Source of the DNA: Podospora anserina
Taxonomy: Eukaryota
DNA: 64,000 bases
Assembly (NCBI GenBank): GCA_017654855.1
Contig: CM030334.1
Location: 3,906,001 to 3,970,000, forward strand
Direction of reading: 5' to 3'
Shown here: one piece after another, positions 11,193-24,051 of the stretch
Position numbering within the stretch: the first letter of the stretch is position 1
Layout: each line of letters begins with the position of its first letter
Notes under the pieces: generated by a model
What the model saw: the letters and a program-made list of their open reading frames with translations, nothing else
Told to the model about the DNA's origin: nothing
The model's database searches: none
Translations under genes and position numbers: made by a program

Positions 11193-13425
11193 TCAAAAGC
11201 CTACAACAACTACAGCCCTCGCCTTGATCAGATCGGCAGCCTACCAACTCGTCAGCACACCGTCGCGACAGCAGCAATAAGACACATACCTTCTCAGCAA
11301 CAGCATAAACAGTCATACTCGTCGCCGCCCCTGGAATAGTAGGAAAAATACTCGTATCCACCACACTCAACCCCTTCACTCCATATACCTCCAACCCTTC
11401 ATTCACCACACCCCCCCACTCCCTCGCCATTTTCGCGGCTGTCCCACTTGGGTGATACACACTCGGCACCAAGTTCTCTCTCAACCACCCCTTCAGCCCC
11501 TCATCAGACTGGTACCCCTTACCAGGCTGGCTTTCCCCCAAAGTCAAATCAACGTACTGCCTCAGTGTACTATCCGGACCGGTGTAAAACCTTCGATAGA
11601 ACTTTATGTTTTCAGCCACAATGTCAAGATCAATCGGGTTGGAAGCAAAACGGTAGTCAACTATCGGTTCTGACAGCGGAGAGGAGAGGTTGAGAGTGAC
11701 GGTGCCGCGAGATAGGCCGTGCATGAGCTGAGGAGCAGCAACGGGTAGGGCGCCGACGCCGGTGGCGGAGAAGGCAAAGTTTTTGTCTAACATGCCTGCG
11801 GCGTAGAGACGTTGTTGTTGGGCGTAGCCGGCGATGATGGTGGGGTGGATGTGTTTCGGGAGGAACTCGGAGGGGGACTGGGAGAGGTAGGAAGCGGCAA
11901 GGGATTGGTACCGGGTAGGGGAGATGCCTGGGAGGCCGAGCATGAGGTTGAGGCCGGGGCCGAAGAGGAAGGCTTCGATGGGGGGGAGGGTGGTGTTTAC
12001 TTCTGGGTAGGGTGGGGGGGTTGTCCCTGGGATTGTTAGCTTCATCGGAGGGGATGAAAGACGGAACATACAGTTGAACTGAACTGCCGGCTGGTAAGCG
12101 TGGTCTTGCAAATTAGCGCCAACACCGGGAAGGTCGACTATGACGGGAATCTTCGCTTGCTTGAGAAGAGAAGCAGGGCCAATGCCACTCAACTGGAGGA
12201 TCTGGGGGGTGTGGATGGCTCCAGCGGAGAGGACGATCTCTTTCCGAGCTCTGATAACCCTCTTACCACTCCCTTTCCGATTAATTTTGCCCTTCCCCTT
12301 GCCTTTGCCCTCGTGTGCTTCAGCCCAGCGAGGGGAGATCTCCACACCTTCTGCTGTCTTGCCCTTGAACACAACCTTTTCGACCCTGGTAGCGGTGAGC
12401 AGGTGGTAATTGTCCCTGTTAAGGCCGTCATAGTGTCCACTTCGAGAATATGACCGGTTGAAAGAGATCGGTTCCATTGATCTTGGTGTCCAGGCTAGTC
12501 CGAGGGTGCCAACCGAATGGTCGATGGGGATTTCCACACCAGGATATCCACGCAGGGCTTGATAGATCGGAACTGGGACCTGTCAACTCGTGATCTTCAT
12601 CCAGCATTTGGACAAGAGAGGTTACTCACTGATAGCAGGCGTATGGCCCCTAGAAAATGTGGCAAAGATGCTGTGCTTGCTCGTGTTGGTTCCATAACTC
12701 CCTGCGTTGTATGTCATGTTGTAGACCCTGGCTATGTCTGGATGAGGCCCGCTACCAAGTTGGATGGCCTAGACTGTTAGAGACTATAATCTACGGCTCG
12801 CTGATTTGTGAGTATACCTTCCTGAAGTAAGGCTGAAGATCATCCCAATTCCAGCTACTGTCGTTGACACCGGAAAGCTCAGCCCTGGTATTGTTAGACC
12901 AGGCCAAATGAGTGCGGATTGTGTTCAACAAGAGGTGCAGACCAGTTGTTGTAGTCACGCTTGGTCCCTCGCTGAAACCCCTGAGCATTGACAGCTGAGC
13001 TGCCGCCCACAATGCACCCGACATCGACCGGAAAGGTACGGTTGTTCAAGTTCACCTGAGGAACAGAGGTGATGTTGTACATGTTCGTTCGGTTTCGGCG
13101 CCCATCGGGTTCTGCCAGGCTCACTCGTCAGCCAGTGCAATGCAGGGTCTCTAGGAAGACGCACCAATGATCCCATATTCGATGGCCAGGACAGTGTCTG
13201 TATTCATGTCAATGGCGGACTCCCTCCATCTCTGACCCAAGACTTACACTTTCCACTCTCGCTCAGTCGATCCGCAACAGTCAAACCGGCTGTCCCCCCA
13301 CCGACCACCACGTAGTCGTAAACATCGTGAGCATCGTCCCGGTTATGAAGCAACGAGTAGGAATGAGGAGATGCCAAACAGTGGCCTAGGACAGTCAACC
13401 CCAACAATAATGCAGCTCGAGCCAT
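11193..13425 (-). CDS. Secreted GMC oxidoreductase (AA3-like), multi-exon
   Basis: Signal peptide MARAALLLGLTVLGHCLA; YDYVVVGGGTAG, GCIVGGSSAVN, EIVLSAGAIHTPQILQLSGIG, GVGANLQDH and VYHPSGTAA motifs; terminal AVAEK/AADLIK joined by an intron. Several GT-AG introns traced. Confidence 0.9.
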
Positions 13426-13981
13426 GACTTGATTACTTGCAGTCGAGGTCGAAGAGGAGGAAGAACATGACCTGCTTGGTTTTATGCTCCCCAAATCCCA
13501 TGTCAAATTCCTGGCTCGGCAGGTCGGACAATACCTGCCGAAAATACCGAAAGAATATTTGTATACATACTCAGGAATGTCAGCATCGAAGCCCTCAAAG
13601 GGGCATAGGCAGCATAGATCACTGTGGTGGTGGACCACTGAGAAGGCTGCCCGCCCCGTGTAACACAAGCCACGCCATAGATCCCAAATTGCATCCCAAC
13701 TGAGGCGGTCAAGGATGCACGAATATGCCGCGGGGTTATATTGAGGTGAGAAATGGCTGGCAAGGGGAGCGAATCAGCTACAATGCCATGAGGTAAAAGA
13801 AGACCCTACATATTGCACAGAGACATGCCGGCACAGTTGGTTGCAACATGTCAAGAGGCTTGGGTGACATGAACCTTTCGAACGTACTTGATAAAAAAAT
13901 ACGAAGCTCCTTTTAAGACTAATCATGACTGCTTTTTTCTATCCACCCCACCCTACGCACCAATCTATGTTCCTGATGTGC

Positions 13982-15406
13982 TCATTCGGCCGAATTCCGC
14001 GCCAAGGGTTCCTCTTCGTCAGCTTCTCTCCTCTCCTCCCCTGTGGGCTCACCGGATGGCTCATGTTTGTGAAGCTTGATATTGATAAACAGGGCAAACA
14101 AGCCAAGATCATACGCCAAACGCAACGCACCAGCGACAACATAGGCGACCCAGAATCGGTTGTTGCCGGCGAGGACGCCCGTGATGCTTGGACCTGTGGT
14201 GGAAGCCAGGGTCCGCAGCATGCCCGTTATGCCCATGACGGCAGTTCTTTCTTCTGGTTTCACCACGGCCGCGATGAGCGCTGCCCGAGGTGCCTGATCC
14301 ATGTTGTTCAGGCCGACTCTGAGAAGCAGGAGAGCAAAGGTCAGGGAAACGGTCTTTGGCAGCGGGAACAGCAAGACAGCGGCGGAGGACGGGATATGCG
14401 TAAAAACCATCGTGTTGACGAGGCCGATATACCGCGCCAGCGGGCCGGCAAAAATGTTGGTGACGGACGACAGAATGTAAGAGGTCGACAGCATATCGCC
14501 GAGCGTCGACTTGGGCAGGTGAAACTTCTTGTCCATGTAATAGGTCGTCAGGGACATGCTGACCATGCCGTCGGCGAGCGAGTCCACCATCAGCAAGAAC
14601 CACAAGACGCCCACAATGGCCAATGTTTCCCTAGATATCTGGGAGACCCAGCTTGCCTTCTCCTTAGGTTTGGCAACACCGTCATCCGTTGTCTCCTGAA
14701 GCAGTGGCGCTGTTTCCCTACTGCCACCCTCTGGAGCCTTCTTTTTGAGCTCGCATCTTTCTGACAGCATGGCACTGCAGGCCATATTTGCCAGTCCCAT
14801 AATAGCGTACAGCCAGAAGCACCCGTGGTAGGCATCTAGAAGCGTCCATCCCTCTCTTGCACTGAGCCAGTCAATAATGCGTCCTGATGTCGTAGTCCCC
14901 ACTGCTGATCCCAGGCTGGCGGTGGTGACATACCAAACCAGCACGTCGGCTCTTGTGTCGGGGTTGGTGAGTTCGGAAACGGTCGACTCTTCAATTGCCC
15001 TGAACGGTCCAAAATCACCTCCCGTGGCACTGATAACACCAACAACGGCGGCGGCGAGAAGAACAAAATAGTTCTCGCAGAGAGCAAACGTAGCCCCGGA
15101 ACATATCATCAGCATCGACCCCAAGAACAATGTCCTCCTCCTCCCAACATGGTCAGCCACGAGCGTCAAGCACAGTGACAAGATGACATCCCCCAGCAGC
15201 GTCAAACTCATAAACAGTCCAATCTGGTAGTCGGAAAACTGAAGCTCGGCAAAGAACAGAGCGAGGATCAAGCTGCTGGCACCGTAGGCGAACATGCGGC
15301 AGCTCCGGGAGAGGATGATGAGGTAAGCATCGAGGCCGGTGGTGTAAACTGACTGCAGGCCAGACTCGCGAAAAGCGCGGTGGCCCAGGGACTTGAGGGC
15401 GGCCAT
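13982..15406 (-). CDS. Major facilitator superfamily transporter
   Basis: About 12 hydrophobic segments and MFS motif A (ADHVGRRR). ATG at 15406. Confidence 0.88.
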   Translation of the reverse strand: MAALKSLGHRAFRESGLQSVYTTGLDAYLIILSRSCRMFAYGASSLILALFFAELQFSDYQIGLFMSLTLLGDVILSLCLTLVADHVGRRRTLFLGSMLMICSGATFALCENYFVLLAAAVVGVISATGGDFGPFRAIEESTVSELTNPDTRADVLVWYVTTASLGSAVGTTTSGRIIDWLSAREGWTLLDAYHGCFWLYAIMGLANMACSAMLSERCELKKKAPEGGSRETAPLLQETTDDGVAKPKEKASWVSQISRETLAIVGVLWFLLMVDSLADGMVSMSLTTYYMDKKFHLPKSTLGDMLSTSYILSSVTNIFAGPLARYIGLVNTMVFTHIPSSAAVLLFPLPKTVSLTFALLLLRVGLNNMDQAPRAALIAAVVKPEERTAVMGITGMLRTLASTTGPSITGVLAGNNRFWVAYVVAGALRLAYDLGLFALFINIKLHKHEPSGEPTGEERREADEEEPLARNSAE

Positions 15407-16102
15407 GTTTGACGAGAAGAACAAGGAAGAACGCTAGGAAAAGAAAATATGGGATACTCAAAGGAAAAAGAGAGAAAACACAGCAGGTTCACACAGCTCC
15501 CGTCCTCGTCATCCGCGGCGATGGCAGCGTCGGAGATACGACCGAACGGGGCAAAAAACCTCGGTCGGCTGGTGGGGCCGGAAAGCGTTAGCCCGGTTGT
15601 GTCGGGACCGGTTTCGGCACCGGAAGGGTCCACTTTTGACTGCATGTAAAGAGCATCGCGGGAGTTCATAAGAGCCAAAGAGAGGGTGAGGTCGATGAAA
15701 ATAGGAGAGAAACAAGGCGGAGCGGAGCTAAAACTTGTTGCGACTGGCAACGAGACGGCGATATTCTGCATATGGTATGTCATCGCGTCGGGATCTTACG
15801 GCTGTGAGATGAGAGTGCTTGACTCCCTAAAAATGAGAAAGAGAGAAATAATGGAGACAGTTAACAACCTCTACTTTGAGAAGGTCGTGATGAAGCTGTT
15901 GGTGAATGGTGATGCCGGAGGAAATCAGCAGTCGCGTCGCGTTGGCCATCAAGGTACCCGTATGCTCTCAGTGATAATTAGTTACACACTGTGTAAGATT
16001 ACTGTGCTTATCTTTTCAGTCAGCGCATCATCGCCATGATCGCAACTTTCCATCTGCCCCCCACCTTGTCTCTCCAGCTCCCTTCTCCTCCTCATCAAGT
16101 TA

Positions 16103-17728
16103 ATGCCCCCTGAAGCCTTCATTTGCGGTCTCTGTTTGCGCGCCATGCGACGAGCTCCTCTTTCGAGAATTTCCGTCTATTCTACCCACCGCAATCTCTC
16201 ACGATCCTGCCCCGCCCTATCTGCCAAACCCGCTGCCAGCGGCCCCTCGAATCCTACCTCAGATACCTCTCCGAAATCCAATGACGAAAAAGAACTCGGC
16301 CCCCTGACACGTCGCCTTCAAGAGGCAACCGAAGAGGCTCTGTTGGAGGGAGGGCGAGCCGGCCGTCGCGCTGTGCTCGAAGATGCCGGATTCTCCGAAG
16401 AACTCAAAGCCAAACTGCTGAACAAACTGGCCGATGCCAAATTCCAAGGAGAATACTCAGCCGCCGCCTCGGTTCTTGCCCACTCGAAAATACCCGATTC
16501 CGCCGGCCTTGGTACGAGATCCATCGCCGCAGTGCAGCCCTGGACAGGCACCGAATCGACCGAAGATGCTGTGTTACGAATGCTCAACGACGCCCACAAG
16601 CCATTGGCCCCCGGGCTTCGAGGTAAAAACAAAATTGTCCCCGAGCCAGTTGACATGCGATTTAAAACAAGATCAAATGTCAGCGCTGGGCAAAGAGCAG
16701 CCGAGGCGAGGGACAAGGCTTCCTTGTACACCTCTCTCTCAGGGGACAAACAAAAGGATTTTGGGTTGAGCGATGAAGAAAGAGAAGCTATGAAACGGGA
16801 ATTCAGGGAGCGCTTTACTCCGGGGGCACGAGCTATGCCCAACACCATCACCGGGCTTGCGGCTTTGGCTAATGAGCGCATCGAAAACGCCATTGCCAGA
16901 GGGCAGTTCAAACATATTCCGAGAGGCAAGGGAGTCGAAAGAGACACGAGGGCGGATAATCCGTTTATCGATACGACAGAATACATAATGAACAAGATGA
17001 TCAAACGACAAGACCTTGTGCCGCCGTGGATAGAAAAGCAACAAGAGTTGCTAAAGACGGCTGCAAATTTCAGGTTGACCATACGGACTAATTGGAAAAG
17101 ACACATGGCGCGCATGATATCGGCCAAGGGAGGCAGTTTGGAGGAGAAGTTGAGACGGGCGAGGGAGTACGCAAGAGCAGAAGAGGTGCACAATCCCAAG
17201 AGAAAGAGAAAGGTGGAAGAGATGAGTGTGTCGACGAACTCGACGGATGACCCGGTGATGGTGAAGATGAGGCAGCAGGCTGCTTCGGATGCCACACCGG
17301 TGACTGAGGAAGTAAAAGAATCAAGAGAAGAAAACATGCCCGTCGGTCGGCCATTCAGAGATCCGGCTTGGGAAGCAGCCGAGAGGTCATACATGGAGCT
17401 CGCCATCACGAACCTAAACACTATTACCAGGTCCTACAACTTGATGGCGCCGGAGCTGGCCAAGAAGCCGTATTTCTCGCTGGAAAGAGAACTCAACAGC
17501 TGTTTCGCGGATGTGGCGCCGCAGGTGGCGGAGGAGATCAAGGCGAGGGCGACAGCGCCGGCAAAGTCAATGGTCGAGTATAACTTTCTTGGTAGCGGAA
17601 AGCCACTGCACAGAGGGGGGCTTAAGGGGACCTTTGGAATGGGCGAACAGAGTCGGGTGTGGGAGCGTAACGAACCGAGGTATGGGTTCAAGGAGTTTTG
17701 GAAAGATTTGTTCAAGAAGGACAAGTAG
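16103..17728 (+). CDS. DUF1992-domain protein, possibly mitochondrial
   Basis: ANERIENAIARGQFKHIPRGKG and MNKMIKRQDLVPPWIE match DUF1992. Basic N-terminus. Confidence 0.8.
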   Translation: MPPEAFICGLCLRAMRRAPLSRISVYSTHRNLSRSCPALSAKPAASGPSNPTSDTSPKSNDEKELGPLTRRLQEATEEALLEGGRAGRRAVLEDAGFSEELKAKLLNKLADAKFQGEYSAAASVLAHSKIPDSAGLGTRSIAAVQPWTGTESTEDAVLRMLNDAHKPLAPGLRGKNKIVPEPVDMRFKTRSNVSAGQRAAEARDKASLYTSLSGDKQKDFGLSDEEREAMKREFRERFTPGARAMPNTITGLAALANERIENAIARGQFKHIPRGKGVERDTRADNPFIDTTEYIMNKMIKRQDLVPPWIEKQQELLKTAANFRLTIRTNWKRHMARMISAKGGSLEEKLRRAREYARAEEVHNPKRKRKVEEMSVSTNSTDDPVMVKMRQQAASDATPVTEEVKESREENMPVGRPFRDPAWEAAERSYMELAITNLNTITRSYNLMAPELAKKPYFSLERELNSCFADVAPQVAEEIKARATAPAKSMVEYNFLGSGKPLHRGGLKGTFGMGEQSRVWERNEPRYGFKEFWKDLFKKDK

Positions 17729-18032
17729 TCTGTTAGATTGCCAACAAAAACTATCCCATCCCATGCAAGTCGCCGTGACGATAGCGAGGAAGGTGAAACC
17801 TGGCCATACAGGGTTAGGGTTCTAAGCTGGGAGCGAATGTTTAGGATCTCGGCAGGCAATTCCGCACGACACAACGTCATCTTCCCCATGCATCGATCCA
17901 CCACTTTTACACCATCACAAACCCGCGACGCGGCACAGCGACACAGGCACAACCGGTGGCTTTTGAATATCGCGACCTTGTATCACTACGAAATGTTATA
18001 GTTACCTGAAGTGCCGTGCGCTCCTCGCCGCC

Positions 18033-19490
18033 ATGAATTCCCGCTCGCCCTCCTCTTCGGGGCTGCTCCCCCTGCCGCTTCCCGGCACCTCGTCCTCCTC
18101 ATGGCGCCTTTACCGTGCCCGGCTGTCTGCATTCATGCGCGATCCCAATACCTCGGTTTCGGTGGCATTTTGGTTGTTTGGTTTGTGACCACAAGTCCCT
18201 GCTCTTGCGGTGTTCTTGTCTGACAATTTCTCGGTGTAACTGCATGCAGGCCTAATCAACAACATCCTCTACGTTCTCCTGCTGACCGCAGCCCAAGACC
18301 TCGTCGGCCCGTCCATCCCCAAAGCTCTCGTCCTGCTGGCAGACGTGATGCCCTCCTTTCTGACAAAACTCGTCGCGCCGTATTTCATCCACCTCGTGCC
18401 GTACTCGATCCGCATATTGGTGTTTGTGGCGTTGTCATCGGGGGGCATGCTACTGGTGGCACTCACTCCAAACACACAGTCTGTCGGGGTCAAAATGGTC
18501 GGCGTGATAATAGCCAGTATCAGCTCCGGCGGAGGAGAACTCAGTTTCCTGGGGTTGACGCACTATTACGGCGTCAACAGCCTTGCGGCCTGGGGAAGCG
18601 GGACGGGAGCGGCGGGTTTGGTCGGGGCAGGGTTGTACGTCCTGATGACTGACTGGCTGGGTATGTCTGTCAAAAACAGCTTGCTAGTCAGCGCGCTGAT
18701 GCCCGGGGTCATGCTGTTGTCTTTTTTTGTCATCCTTCCTAGAGAGAGGATAAAGCAGCAGACTGGAACAACAGGATATGAACCACTCCCCGGTCTCGAC
18801 AGAGATGACTCGCCAGAAAGTGAACGCGAAATCGATGCCTCTGCTGCATCAGCAGCCCTTCTCTCTGAACCTGGCCCGTCATCCATCACAGCCTACCACA
18901 ACAACCACCCCGGCGACAAATCCGCCTCATTCTGGGCCAATCTCCGCCGCGCCAAGTCACTCTTCTGGCCTTACATGCTTCCACTGCTGCTTGTCTACGT
19001 AGCAGAGTACACCATCAACCAAGGCGTCGCACCCACCCTCCTTTTCCCGCTTGAGCAATCTCCCTTCAACGAGTACCGCTCTTTCTACCCCTTTTACGGC
19101 TTCTTGTATCAGCTAGGCGTGTTCATCTCCCGCTCTTCGACGCCGTGGTTCAGGATACACCACCTCTACTTCCCGTCGCTCCTTCAAGTCGGAAATCTGG
19201 TGTTGCTTACGCTGCATGCGTTGCTCAACTTTATCCCGTCTGTCTACCTGGTGTTTGTCGTCATCTTTTGGGAGGGGCTGTTGGGAGGGGCGGTGTATGT
19301 GAATACGTTTGCCGAGATTATGGACAACGTCCCTGTAGAGGACAGAGAGTTCAGTCTGGGTGCCACGTCGGTCAGCGACAGTGGGGGCATATGCATCGCC
19401 GGGTTTATTGGTATGGCGATGGAGGTGTGGCTTTGCGACTGGCAGGTGCAGCGGGGGAGGGATTATTGCCGGAGGGTAGAGGTGAGCTGA
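18033..19490 (+). CDS. BTN1: CLN3/Battenin family vacuolar membrane protein; exons 18033-18180 and 18250-19490
   Basis: [70 protein letters not shown] and REFSLGA motifs. Confidence 0.93.
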
Positions 19491-20930
19491 GGCTGTTGGA
19501 GCTCAACGACATGTGCTGCCATGTAAGAACGATTTGGGTCAAAAGTTGAATACATGTGCTACTCGCAGTTAGATGGACAAGAAGCCTTGGCAGGTTTGCC
19601 CTTTGACTGGATCTCCAGCGTGATACTGATATCATGGCGCGGTTGCATCCGCCGAGGACCCTGAAAGATGATCCTCATTACTTCGATGCCTGATTTAGGA
19701 TCTGAGAGGCTGGAGGTGGCGGCCTCGGAGCTTTCCATTGGTGTCCTTCTATCGGAGCGGGTTTATTCCGAAGCGGGTGTAGTGAATCAGCTGCTGGACA
19801 TGGTTGGCGTTTCGCCATATGGCCGGGTTCGGAGTTTTGATCTCACTGACGAGAGTTTCGAGCGTGATCAAACCACCCACGCTGACGGGTGTGCATCTAT
19901 AGGATTTTGCACAAAACAGCCTCTGTGTAAATCAAGCAGTCAACAGCTCTGGGCACGGATTACTGAATGTGGCTGTTGATAAGAGAAACCATGCTGAGTT
20001 GAGAGCTATTGCGTGGGCTTCGTTGAATGTAAACACTCTTACGGATAGCAGATAATGGGTACGGAGTAACAGCAGGGCTGTCGCTGTGGCACGGAGCGGG
20101 ACGGAAGGATCGATGCCGCGGTCTTTCCTTGGGTCGCTGCATCAGACTTGGGATGATGCAATGGAAAGAGTGAACTTTGACCGCTCACCTCACATCAAGG
20201 TAGCTCCAAACTTGAGCTCAAAACAGGCGACACAAACGCGCTCGCTGCTCAAGACGCCCACATCGCGGCTATCGACAATCGGCTATCCGCCCATCATGGC
20301 GAAGCAGTCTTTTTTTGGGGATTGGTCCTGGGTGGATATCGGTGAGCAGGCATCGCCGTTTTCCTTCAGTCCAAAACACATGGATCATCAAACAGTCTGA
20401 ATTATTATTCGTAGCCTTTTGATAATTTTGCTGATGGGATGCCAAGGTCCCCAAAGCCCGCCCCCTGCCAAAACAGTTGCCTGCGGATTTCCTAGCGCTA
20501 CATCAGCAACTGCCTGCATGGTAGTGCTGACAAGCAACCTCGTCTCGAGACTTGGCTTCTCGCTGTCGGGCACCTATTGGCGGACCTGTGTTTAAGCATG
20601 TGGGACTGGGCTGAGCTTGTCAGACCCCTGCATCAACTCACCCGTCGATCTCCAAGAGGCTGAGCCACGGGAGCCCGATGCTGGCCTCAACTCAAGTTCC
20701 CGCTGGGGAGGATTCATCGGACGGGCAAGGATAGGAGTGTGTGTGTTTGTGCTGGCATACACAGATACATATATACCGGGCATCATGGCGCTTCCAGCTG
20801 GGGATTGCTTTGGATCTGTATCTCCACCACCTCACCATACACGACCGCCTTGAGAACTCTTGACTTGTCACTCTCATCATTTTCCTCCTTTTTTCTTTTT
20901 TTTCCTGGCTGTCTTGCCTCTTTGCCCACC

Positions 20931-23273
20931 ATGGGTCAGTTTCAGAGCGCCGAGGTGTGCACAACACCGGCATGCATCCAGGCCGCTTCGCACATTCTTG
21001 AAAACCTGGCACCCAACTGGAAAGACATGGATCCCTGCACCGACTTTGATAAGAGTGAGTATAAGCCAACCTGAATACCGACGTGTGTACGACTGACATC
21101 AAGCAGTGGTCTGCCACGGGTTCAACCAGTTGCACGACTCGGACAAGGAAGTCAACGGCGTGTTTCTCCAGAACGCGCATAAGAACAGACTCTTGCGAGA
21201 AATCCTGTCGAAACCTTACGACCAAGCGACAAAGGTGCAGCCCTACGTGCTAAGCCGCCGTGACAATGTCGACGAACACAACTTTGACATGGTCCACCGA
21301 ACATACGCTGCATGCATGGACTCGGACGCCATCAAAAAGGCTGGCGTCAAACCACTGCTGGATACCCTCGTCAAATTCAACGAGTACTGGCCGATTGAGA
21401 TGGACTTTGCCGACGACCTGTTTGATGAAGAGGACGACAAGGCAGGCCTCGAGGCGGTTGCCACTGCTTTGGCCAAACTCAACATCCGCACCTGGAATGG
21501 ATCGCCTGATAACAAGGAAAGCTTCCTCGGCAACTGCTTCCCAGATCCCACCGACCCGGTATGATGCCTTGATCATTTGTACACCAGTACTTATCTAACT
21601 TGGTTGATGTAGAAAACGCAACGCTTTACGCTCTACTGGCCCGACCTCTCATTCAAAGGCCTGGCCAACGAGTACGCTGATCCAAAGGAGACGGCCAAAC
21701 TCGAAAAGAAAATTTCTGGAGCTTTCCGTGCCGTGTTCCCAGTCGATCTCGATGATAAGACAGCGGCAAGACTTGCCAAGGACATTGTAGCCTTTGAGAT
21801 CGCTATTTTGGCGTCCGGGAGTCCCACGGCAGCGGCCAATTCCAGCGCTGTCGCAGGACTACATTCAAGAGCCGACCCTACACAGGATCCCCAGGTGGCA
21901 CTTAAACAGGCAAGTGACTCGCAAGCATGCTTACCGTTGTTGTTTCTGACTCTTTCCAGACGGTTTTGTCCATGTCGCAACTGGCGTCTTTGGCACCAAT
22001 GCTCGGTCTTGACGCTTTTGTCCAAGCACTGGTTCCGGAGGGGCACACCCCAGAGACGGTCGTTGTCAGAGCGCCTCACATGTGGCCCGGGATTGAGAAA
22101 GTCATCAAACAGCAGCGCAAAGTTGTTGTGCAATCATGGCTTCTCTGGAAGATCATCATGGAACTGGGCTCCAAGGTCGAGTCCCATGAACTTAAAGATC
22201 TGGAGCTCGGTGGAGAGGCAGGGTCCAATGAATACACCACATGCGTCGATCATGTCGATTCTGCCCTCAGGTGGCTTCTGGGTCACTACTTTGTCAAGGC
22301 TGCCTACTCGGATTCAACGCGATCTACCGCGACAAAGCTGGCTGTGAATATTCGTGAGGAGATGAAGGTGCACGTGGACAAGCTATCTTGGATGGGTGAG
22401 GAGACAAGGAAGCGGACCATCAAGAAGTTGGACAACATGAAGATCAATATTGGTTACCCAGAGCACAGCCCAGACTCGAGATCCCCGGATGACCTGGCCG
22501 CTTACTACAGCGGTTTGAACATCACGGATTCCTTTTTCGACAACGCAATCGAGGGCATGCGGTACCAGGTAGTCACTGACTCACGTTTCCTGTCGGAGCC
22601 GACGTCGCAGTCTAGGTGGTTCCCGTCCTACACGCACCTGACCAATGCCGCTTACAGCAGTTTCACCAACAGCTTCTTCATTCCTGCCGGTATATCGCTG
22701 GCCCCCCTTTTTCACGTTGACCTCCCTGAGTGGGCGTTGTATGGAGCCTTGGGATCCATCATTGGTCACGAGATCACCCACAGCCTCGACAGCAACGGGC
22801 GGAAAAGGGACGAGAACGCCCTGGAGACGAACTGGTGGGATGAGAAGTCGCTCGCGGAATACGCCGAACGGGAAAGGTGCTTCGTGGACCAGTACAGCAA
22901 GTATGAGCTGGTCGGCCCCGACGGCAAGAAGTACCCCGGCAACGGAAACGTGACCGTGGGCGAGAACATCTCGGATGCCGGCGGCCTCGCGGTGGCCTAT
23001 GACGCCTGGGTCAAGGAGCGCAAGTCCATGCCCGATGTGTGGGACCAGGGACTCCCTGGGCTGGGTGATTTCACCCACGAGCAACTCTTCTTTATCATGT
23101 TCGGAAACGCTTGGTGCGATTCCAGAAGCCCACAGGAAAGGGTAGACAGGTTGCTGAAAGGTGGGGTGCATGCCCCCGACGTGCACAGGCTCATGGGCGG
23201 CGCGGCCAACTCTCGCGCTTTTAGGGAGGCCTTCAAGTGCCCTGTCAAGGAGCCGGAATGCGAGTTGTTTTAG
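20931..23273 (+). CDS. M13 (neprilysin/ECE-like) metallopeptidase; introns 21055-21106, 21559-21612 and 21910-21959 (GC-AG)
   Basis: CTTPAC and DPCTDF..VC N-terminal motifs, TNAAY, HEITH zinc motif, GENISD, HAP and FREAFKC. Confidence 0.92.
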
Positions 23274-24051
23274 ACGGCCGGTGTTTCGTCGGTCATTTCT
23301 CTTGTACACAAGGGGCGTTGGATACGGCGCAGTTTTAGGATTGGCTTTCTCTTGTTTGGGTATCGGTAGAGCTTTGCTAGGCTGGTCAATAGGTGGTCGA
23401 TAGGTCTTCCATGGTAATTAGATGTCAGTATTAGGATAGATCGCAGCTGGTAGCCGCTCTGAATACCTATAATGTCTTTTAATGCTTTGTGGACTCGGCT
23501 GCCATTCTGTGTCATCACCCATAATGATTTGATCTCCTCGATCGGTATCAGTGAACGAAAACACCTCCGAGTTTTTGGATGGCGCAACTGTGAGTAGGCT
23601 GAGTACCACCACCCGGATCCGAGTTTCCCCGGCTCCGGTACCTCTATACCGGCTCTATATTACCTTCTCTCGCTACCACATTTCAGCTCTGACATTCAGT
23701 TGGAGCGGGGCTCTTGCCGCTTGCGTGCATTTCGTTCAATTTCTGATCTTGTATTCTTCACAAATAGCACTTGCAGCTGAGTTGGAGGGTGGCCAGGCAC
23801 AATTTATCCATCCGGGGGAGAGGGAGTGTGGTTAATATCCCATCCCCAAACTGCCTGCATCATGTGAGCTGGACGCAAACCAACCTGCATCATTCAGCAC
23901 TCCAGCACACCTTGAAAACGTCACACGGCCCGATGAGAGGAAGTGGCACAAAAGTATTGCTTCATAAAATCTTATTCAAAATAGGTATATATACATTATC
24001 TTCATAATCGTATCATGTACATGACTTCATCCTCTACCCAGGCTCAAGAGC

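Noticed and set aside
12631-12770. Suspected frameshift in the GMC gene
   Set aside because: Re-reading shows the exon is in frame (GTNTSKHSIFATF) and splices normally.
13925-14764. 279-aa plus-strand ORF
   Set aside because: Antisense shadow of the MFS transporter.
16318-17421. 367-aa minus-strand ORF
   Set aside because: Antisense shadow of the DUF1992 gene.
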